Positions 58,121 to 64,000 of a stretch of 64,000 bases of DNA are shown here, in pieces (the first letter of the stretch is position 1; every line of letters begins with the position of its first letter). A model generated the notes under the pieces. The model did no database searches and had not been told where the DNA came from. It was given only the letters and a program-made list of their open reading frames with translations. The DNA comes from Myxococcota bacterium (lineage in GTDB: Bacteria; Myxococcota_A; UBA796; UBA2385). The position numbers were made by a program, and so were the translations under genes. The stretch spans positions 1 through 64,000 of the forward strand of contig JBIJDH010000018.1 of assembly GCA_044344255.1 (NCBI GenBank), in the 5' to 3' direction.

Positions 58121-58915
58121 GTGCACCCACCCCCGCCCACCCTCGCGCTCCGCTGGCTCGTCCGCCTCCGCTGGTGGGCCGTGGGCGCGCAAGCGGGCGT
58201 GCTCGCCGCCGCGACATTGGGCCTCGACGTCGACCTTCCGCTCCCAGCGCTCGCGGGCGTGGTGGGCACCGTGGCGCTCTCGAACGTCGCGCTCTCGCGG
58301 CTCCAGCGCGTCCATCCCTTGCTCCTCCCCGGCACGCTCCTGGCCGCGGAGCTCGAGGCGGACGACACGCTCGGCGCGGACACACGGGAGGATCTCGCCC
58401 TCATCCGCCGCGAGACGGAGCGCTGCCGCGCCATCCTCGCCCGGATGTCCACCGAGCCCGGGGTGCACCCCGGCGAGACGCTCGCGCCGATCGCCCTCGC
58501 CGGCGCGCTCAGCCGGATGAAGGAGCGATTCGGTCCCCGCGCGGAGCGGATCTCCGTTCACGCCGCGCCCGAGACGGTCGTGCGGGCCCCCGCCGCCGCG
58601 GTCGAGCGCGCCCTCGCCGGCCTCGTGGACAACGCGCTCCGGGCCGCACCGGCGCCCGCGCTGGTGCGGATCGAGGCGACCGAGCGGGACGGGCGGGTCT
58701 CCATCGCCGTCTGCGACACGGGTCCCGGCATCCCACCCGAGCACCTCGGCAAGGTCGGAGAGCCGTTCTTCACGACGCGACCCGCGGGAGAAGGCATGGG
58801 CCTCGGCGTCTTCCTCGCCCGGCGGCTCGCCGAGGAGCTCGGGGGGGCCTTCCTCGTGGAGTCGGCTCCCGGCCGCACCGTGGTGACGCTCACGCTCCCG
58901 GGCCATCCGGCATGA
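58121..58915 (+). pseudogene. Internally deleted RegB-like kinase
   Basis: LRWLVRLRWWAV N-terminus and ERCRAIL/DNA/DTGPG/GMGLG retained; GGxxNP motif, most TMs and the H-box missing. Confidence 0.7.
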
Positions 58916-59060
58916 CTGATGAACAACCTTCGCTCCTGCTCGTCGAGGACGACGAGACGCTTCGCGAGCGCCTCACGCGCGCGTTCGCTCGGCGGGGCTA
59001 CGCGGTGACGGGCGCCGGCACCGTGAGCGAGGCCCTGACCGTCGCGCGCGCTCCGCCGAC
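58912..59060 (+). pseudogene. Truncated RegA-like response regulator
   Basis: MTDEQPSLLLVEDDETLRERLTRAFARRGY...; homology lost before the phosphoacceptor Asp. Confidence 0.7.
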
Positions 59061-59110
59061 GCGGACCTCCGCGCCTCCGCCGGCCTGCTCCTCGTGCACC
59101 CGACCCAGGA

Positions 59111-59473
59111 GTGACCGTGCTCTTCCTCCTCCTCGCCTGTGTCGACTCCGGTACGGCCGACACGGCGGCCGACGCGTCCATCACCTTCCTCGACCCGGTG
59201 GACGGTGACACGCTCGCCGTCGGCGCGCACCCGGTCTCCCTGATCGTGGACGGCTTCTCCCTCGTCGAGGCGAAGCACAACGAAGGCACGCCGGTCGGGT
59301 TCCTCGTGGTCCGGCTCGACGGCGAGGAGGTCCTCTCGACTGGCGAGACCATCTTCGACGTGGACTTCCCCGTGGCGGGGGACGTGACGCTCTCCGCCGC
59401 CCTCCAGTACGCCGACGGCGACGCGCTCGACCCGCCCGTGGAGGACAGCATCGGCCTCACGATCACCCCGTAG
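59111..59473 (+). CDS. Small Ig-like lipoprotein
   Basis: AGGAG RBS; LLAC lipobox; ITFLDPVDG, LQYADG. Confidence 0.6.
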   Translation: MTVLFLLLACVDSGTADTAADASITFLDPVDGDTLAVGAHPVSLIVDGFSLVEAKHNEGTPVGFLVVRLDGEEVLSTGETIFDVDFPVAGDVTLSAALQYADGDALDPPVEDSIGLTITP

Positions 59474-59621
59474 GGATCCGGAGGCGGGGCGCCTGGACCG
59501 CGCGGACGCGGCCAGCGCGGAGACGGGGGTGCCGTCGCGGTCGGCGGAGGCACCGGAGCCTCCGGCGGTCGCGGAGGCTGCGTCGTCGCCGCGGCGCGGA
59601 GCGGCCGCCCCCCTGCGCCCG

Positions 59622-60812
59622 TCACTCCTCGAACGGATCGCTGTGGGCCGGGTTCTCCACGAACGTGTGGTCCGTGAACGATTCGAGGAACGCGACCACC
59701 GCGTCGATCTCCTCGTCCGTCGCGTCGAATCCCCGGATGAGACCCGACTTCAGAGGGCTGACGCGGCCGTCTCCCGCGTAGTCCCCGTCCTCGATCACGC
59801 GCCCGCCCGCAGCATAGTGCTCGACCATCTCGCGGAGGGTGGGGATGCTCCCGTCGTGCGTGTACGGCGCGGTGAGCTCGACGTTGCGCAGGCTGGGGGG
59901 ACGGAAGAATCCACGCAGATCGAGATCGATCCGAACGTCGTAGAGCCCCTGATCGTAGGCTGGATAGCTCCCCTCTCCGTCGACGTTGTAGAGGCCCGTG
60001 TTGAAGAACGGGTATTGGATCGTGTCAGCGGTCGTCCGCCAGTCACGGTAGGAGCCGGTCGCGTTCGTGCCACCATGGCAGTGGAAACACTCGAACTTCT
60101 CCCCGTTGAACAACGTCATGCCCGACTTCTGCTGATCGGTCAGGGCGTCCCGGTCGCCGGAGACGAACCGGTCATAGGCGCTGTCGCCCGACACGAGGCT
60201 CCGGCAGAAGCTGGCCAGGGAGTACGCGATCTTGTTGAGCGTGGCGCCTGACTCGCTCTCCGGGAACGCCTCAGCGAACATGCCTGCGTAGGTGGGGTCG
60301 TCATCGAAGCGCGATAGGACCTCGGCCTGAACGCCGTCGTTGACGCCCAACTCCACCGGGTTGTCCCCGGTGATGGGCACGAGGAGCTGGTTCTCCATCT
60401 CCAACATGCCATCGTGCGCCCACGTCAGCGTGGAGTACCAAGCGACATTCGCCAGCCCCGGGCTGTTGCGAACCAACGTCTCCCCGGTCGAGCCCTGCGG
60501 GGAGCTCTTGCCGTCGGAGAACGCCAGCTCCTGGAGGTGGCAGTTCGCGCACGCCTGGGTCCCGTTTCCCGAGAGGCGCTCGTCGTAGAACAGGTATCGA
60601 CCGAGCTCGATCTTCTCGGGCGTGAGCGGATTGTAGTCCGGGATGTACGGCACCTCGAGGTGGTCCGGCAGGTCCAGGAGCTCGCGGACGTAGGCCTGCT
60701 CGTCGCCCTCGGCCGCGGGCGCGTCCGGATCGACGACCTCGTCGGGCTCGCACGCCGCGACTCCACCCAGCCCGAGCACGACGACGAGACGGAACGCCGG
60801 GATGGATCGCAC
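59622..60812 (-). CDS. mbnH: MbnH-family di-heme (MauG/bCcP-like) enzyme
   Basis: LGRYLFYD.RLS, CANCH, RNSP, LTWA, CFHCH, PSLRNVELTAPY.HDGS; directly downstream of the MbnP-like gene. Confidence 0.85.
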   Translation of the reverse strand: MRSIPAFRLVVVLGLGGVAACEPDEVVDPDAPAAEGDEQAYVRELLDLPDHLEVPYIPDYNPLTPEKIELGRYLFYDERLSGNGTQACANCHLQELAFSDGKSSPQGSTGETLVRNSPGLANVAWYSTLTWAHDGMLEMENQLLVPITGDNPVELGVNDGVQAEVLSRFDDDPTYAGMFAEAFPESESGATLNKIAYSLASFCRSLVSGDSAYDRFVSGDRDALTDQQKSGMTLFNGEKFECFHCHGGTNATGSYRDWRTTADTIQYPFFNTGLYNVDGEGSYPAYDQGLYDVRIDLDLRGFFRPPSLRNVELTAPYTHDGSIPTLREMVEHYAAGGRVIEDGDYAGDGRVSPLKSGLIRGFDATDEEIDAVVAFLESFTDHTFVENPAHSDPFEE

Positions 60813-60819
60813 GTGGCCC

Positions 60820-61773
60820 TCAGTTCACGCTGAACGCGAGGTTGTCCGCGGCGGCCGACGCCCCGGAGGCGAGGTCGAGGCCCACGTTCGCGAAGAACGG
60901 CGCGCAGTCGGGCTGCATGGAGGACGAATGACACTCGACTCCGACCCCCTCACCGATGACCTCGAAGGTCTCGGGGTCGTAGATGGGCGAGAGAAAATCG
61001 AGCCCGGCGAGGAGCGTGGGGATGTCGAGCGTGACGACGTTCGTCTCGAGGTCGAAGTCGGTGAGCTCTACCGAGGGAGTGTTCACGTACCCGCACTCGT
61101 CGCGGGACTCGAGCGCGAGCTCGCCGTCGCCTGCGCAGTCGACGCTGCCGATGTGGAGATAGCCCTCTCCGGTCTCGGTTCCGTCGTCCACCGTCATGTT
61201 GAACGCGAGGTGACGGTATCCGGTGGCCCACGACCAGTAGAGCTCGTTCAGCGGGGAGGGAGCTGCCTCCACGGAACCGGAGCCGATCACCTCCTGCATG
61301 AGGGCCTGGGGGACGCCGACATCGAACGACACCGAGGCGACGTGGTGCACGATCGTGGAGCCGGTGATGGCGTCGTTGGTCCGCGCGGTGCCTTCCGAGA
61401 AGCTGATGGCGGAGGCGACGCAGCTGCCGTCGGTGTTGCCGGTGAGATCGATCAGCCCGACCCATCCAGCCGCGCCGGTGTACTGGAAGTCGTTCGCGTC
61501 GAAGGTCGCCTCGACGGCGGCCCCGTTCTCGTCCCAGAACTGTACGTTGGACACGAAGAACCGGAGGTCGCTCATCCCGACGGTGTGCTGGCCGGCCGGG
61601 CCGAGGCCCGCGACGGGTGTGGTGCAGTCGGCGGGCGCGCCGTCGGCGGTCGCCTGGAAGCGGAGGCTGAAGGCCTCGGCCTCGTCATGATGCTCGTCCT
61701 CTTCCTTGGGATCGCAGGCGATGACGGAGAGCAACGGGATGAACAGGCAGAGGCTCGGATGGGCGCGGAACAT
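60820..61773 (-). CDS. mbnP: MbnP-family copper-binding lipoprotein
   Basis: Lipobox VIAC; DLRFFVSN, FDVGVP, PLN.LYWSWATGY (WxW), LHIGS..C, ECHS. Confidence 0.85.
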   Translation of the reverse strand: MFRAHPSLCLFIPLLSVIACDPKEEDEHHDEAEAFSLRFQATADGAPADCTTPVAGLGPAGQHTVGMSDLRFFVSNVQFWDENGAAVEATFDANDFQYTGAAGWVGLIDLTGNTDGSCVASAISFSEGTARTNDAITGSTIVHHVASVSFDVGVPQALMQEVIGSGSVEAAPSPLNELYWSWATGYRHLAFNMTVDDGTETGEGYLHIGSVDCAGDGELALESRDECGYVNTPSVELTDFDLETNVVTLDIPTLLAGLDFLSPIYDPETFEVIGEGVGVECHSSSMQPDCAPFFANVGLDLASGASAAADNLAFSVN

Positions 61774-61830
61774 GGGCGGCCCCAGTAACGATGGTGGCAC
61801 GAGGCTATGCCATGCCGTCCGCCGCCGTGA

Positions 61831-61847
61831 TGCGGCATGTTGTCGCA
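61831..61847. promoter_or_regulatory. RegA/RegR-type box upstream of mbnP
   Basis: TGCGGCATGTTGTCGCA (GCGGC-N5-GTCGC). Confidence 0.7.
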
Positions 61848-61884
61848 GCACTCTGCCCGTGGCGGCCCGACTCGTCGAACGCAG

Positions 61885-62002
61885 CGTGTCCAGCGGGTAC
61901 TTCCTCAACGACACGGCTCCGTTGGAGGAGCGCGAGCCGGCCTCGTCGTGGCACGCGGCAGCGCGCGTGACCCCTCGGTGGTTGTGGCCGGGTGATGGGC
62001 GG
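61885..62002 (+). repeat. Diverged 118-bp direct repeat of 53299-53416
   Basis: Encodes VSSGYFLNDTAPLEEREPASSWHAAARVTPRWLWPGDGR versus VSGGWFLYDTVPLEEPEATSSWHVAARVTARWLWRGDGR. Confidence 0.8.
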
Positions 62003-62136
62003 CGACAGCGGGCGGCCTTGAGTACCCCCTCCGACGGTCGCGACGCGAACTCCGCGGCATCTTGACCACGTTCGAGCCTCGTTATGCCCTGTTCTGGGGT
62101 CCGGCGTCGGAGCGACTATCGAACCCTGAAAACCTA

Positions 62137-62175
62137 CGAAGCTCCATGAAAACATGCGGTTTCCATGGAGCTTCG
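62137..62175 (-). terminator. Hairpin immediately downstream of tRNA-Pro
   Basis: Perfect 12-bp inverted repeat CGAAGCTCCATG/CATGGAGCTTCG. Confidence 0.55.
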
Positions 62176-62180
62176 ATGTT

Positions 62181-62257
62181 TGGTCGGGGTGGCCGGATTC
62201 GAACCGACGGCCTCTTGCGCCCAAGGCAAGCGCTCTACCAGGCTGAGCTACACCCCG
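62181..62257 (-). tRNA. tRNA-Pro (TGG)
   Basis: CGGGGTGTAGCTCAGCCTGGTAGAGCG-CTTGC-CTTGGGC-GCAAG...GGTTCGAATCC...CCCCGACCA; 77 nt with encoded CCA. Confidence 0.97.
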
Positions 62258-62383
62258 CCGGCCGGCGTTGTAGCACCCTCGGCGGCCCCCTTCAAGGTGG
62301 CGCGGTCCGGGCGATCCTGTTCGTTCCCGAGGGGCGGGCGCGGGGCCGCAGGGGTGGTAGGCTCTGCGGCTTGGAGGGCTCCT

Positions 62384-63202
62384 GTGCACGACACCTTGAG
62401 AACACGACGAAATACCCCGACTCTGCGGCGCCGCTGGATCGGGCTGGTGGGGCTCGTGGCGGCGGGCGCCGCGGGCTGCGATGACACCTCCTTTGGGGGC
62501 GGTGGAGGGGGAGGTGGCGTGACCGGCTCCACCTACGACGACATGGTCACCCTCTTCGACGGCAACTGCATCGGCTGCCACAGCGCGGCCTCCAAGCTCG
62601 GCGGGCTCGACTTGGAGACCGACCCCTGCGTCGCCTTGGTCGGCGTCAGCTCCGGGTACGGCGATCCGCTGGTTGACCCAGGGAACGCAGATGGCAGCGT
62701 GCTCTTCGGCAAGGTGTCGGACTCTGGCGCGTATGGCGGCGTCATGCCGCAGGGCGGCGCGCTCGACAGCGCGAGCGTGGAGGCGGTGCGGAGCTGGATT
62801 GACGGCGGGGCCTCCTGCGCGACGGGCGGGGCCGACTCCGGGGGCTCGGATGGCGGTGGGGCGGCGGGCTTCACCTTCGCGCGGGTGCAGGATGAGATCC
62901 TGACCCCACAGTGCGCCGTCTGTCACGCGCCGGGCGCCGATCCGGACGCGGAGTACCTCGACCTCAGCGAGGGTGCAGCCTACGACAACATCGTGCGCGT
63001 CGCCGCGGGCTGGGACGCCTCCCTGTACCGGGTGACCCCCGGCAACCCCGAGACCAGCTTCCTCTACATGAAGGTGCGGAACTCCATCGCCGAAGACGGC
63101 TCCCAGGGCGAGCCGATGCCCGAGGGCGCGCCCAACGGGCTCGATGACACCGAGAAGCTGACGCTGCTGTACGGCTGGATCCTGGAAGGAGCCAATCCAT
63201 GA
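62384..63202 (+). CDS. Diheme cytochrome c lipoprotein (two repeated domains)
   Basis: GGAGG RBS plus GTG; AAGC lipobox; CIGCH..MP..WIDGGA and CAVCH..MP..WILEGA. Confidence 0.75.
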   Translation: MHDTLRTRRNTPTLRRRWIGLVGLVAAGAAGCDDTSFGGGGGGGGVTGSTYDDMVTLFDGNCIGCHSAASKLGGLDLETDPCVALVGVSSGYGDPLVDPGNADGSVLFGKVSDSGAYGGVMPQGGALDSASVEAVRSWIDGGASCATGGADSGGSDGGGAAGFTFARVQDEILTPQCAVCHAPGADPDAEYLDLSEGAAYDNIVRVAAGWDASLYRVTPGNPETSFLYMKVRNSIAEDGSQGEPMPEGAPNGLDDTEKLTLLYGWILEGANP

Positions 63203-64000
63203 TGTCCCTCGCTCTCCTCTGGGTGACCGCCCTCTCCAGCGTCGCGCAGGCGACCATCGACCCCAAGTGCCAGGACCTGGCCGACGAGGGCCCCCCCGCC
63301 GGCTACTCCGAGCAGGGGCAGCAGGACTGGCTGCTGAACTACTTCTCCCTGGCGACGACGCTGTCTCCGATGCACCCGCCGGTGCCCGTCGAGCCCGGTC
63401 ATGGCACCGTGGGCCTCGAGCTGATGGTGATCCCGCCGGTGAGCTGCGAGCACCGTCTCGTGCTCGGCTATTCGAAGACGGAGGACACGAACAAGGCCCC
63501 GGTGGCGCCCCGCCCGCGGGTGACCTTCGCGTTCCCCAAGGTGGGGCCGCTGATCCTCTACGGTGGCTTCGCCTACGTGCCCCCGATCACGGTCTTCGGG
63601 ACCCGCAATGTCATCGTCAGCGCGGAGGCGGGCGTCGGCTACCCGATGGAGAGCGGCCTGCAGCTCGGCCTCCGCTACCACGCCACCCTGATGAAGACGG
63701 TCGCGGAGATCGCCACCCCCTTCAACGAGGGAGATCCCGCGAAGGACGACTTCTATGTCGGCTCCACCTTCGGAACCGACGCCATGGTTGGCTTCGAGAC
63801 GAAGAAGCTCACGCCCTATGTCGCGCTGGGCTTCACGGATGTGAGCACCTACTTCTACATCGGTGACGATGGGTATGTGGGCAACAACGCGGACCCCTTC
63901 CTCGGCTTCACCGGGTCGGTCGGCACCAACCTCCACCTCGTGAAGTGGCTGGATCTGGATGGGGAGCTCTACACGGCCCCTGGCTATCTCTACACGGGGC
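63199..64000 (+). CDS. Exported protein, probable outer-membrane beta-barrel (partial, runs off right edge)
   Basis: Not in the ORF track; ATGA overlap; MMSLALLWVTALSSVAQA signal peptide; later alternating beta-strand pattern. Confidence 0.6.
   Translation, partial: MMSLALLWVTALSSVAQATIDPKCQDLADEGPPAGYSEQGQQDWLLNYFSLATTLSPMHPPVPVEPGHGTVGLELMVIPPVSCEHRLVLGYSKTEDTNKAPVAPRPRVTFAFPKVGPLILYGGFAYVPPITVFGTRNVIVSAEAGVGYPMESGLQLGLRYHATLMKTVAEIATPFNEGDPAKDDFYVGSTFGTDAMVGFETKKLTPYVALGFTDVSTYFYIGDDGYVGNNADPFLGFTGSVGTNLHLVKWLDLDGELYTAPGYLYTG

Noticed and set aside
59557..59579. 8-bp inverted repeat between convergent genes
   Set aside because: No U-tract, and such GC hairpins arise easily by chance
62165..62383. 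N-terminal extension of the diheme cytochrome ORF across the tRNA
   Set aside because: Overlaps tRNA-Pro; a better start with RBS exists at 62384

Overview
Very GC-rich bacterial DNA. The many short-signal lipoproteins, Asp-Thr linkers, FG-GAP/MopE-like repeats and DUF1501 module suggest Myxococcota/deltaproteobacterial affinity (inference). Left to right: (1) 0-13 kb, an envelope-modification region with two SGNH paralogues, an arylsulfotransferase-like protein, a flavoprotein and two GT-C-like membrane proteins; (2) 13-19 kb, a DUF1501 operon with a duplicated heme-c lipoprotein; (3) 20-22 kb, a PRMT-like methyltransferase converging on an ATE/Bpt-family transferase; (4) 22.4-30.8 kb, a class I benzoyl-CoA reductase operon (had-oah-dch-bcrCBAD plus an SDR); (5) 31-45 kb, accessory genes (STAND regulator, beta-helix protein, MscS, FG-GAP protein, calpain-like protease, LysR/epimerase, TA pair); (6) about 45.6-62.2 kb, a probable integrase-less metal/copper-homeostasis island at the 3' end of tRNA-Pro(TGG). 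The island carries RegB/RegA, a TonB-receptor operon, a multiheme cytochrome, a DUF692 (MNIO)/DUF2063 pair, a FixH/YtkA-like protein and MbnP/MbnH. The best novelty candidate is the putative MNIO precursor: a lipoprotein that fuses bufferin-like CxGxNxCxG repeats to a cytochrome c domain. A shared 17-bp RegA-type box lies upstream of three island operons. All calls come from reading motifs by eye; no searches were run, and several start codons are best guesses.
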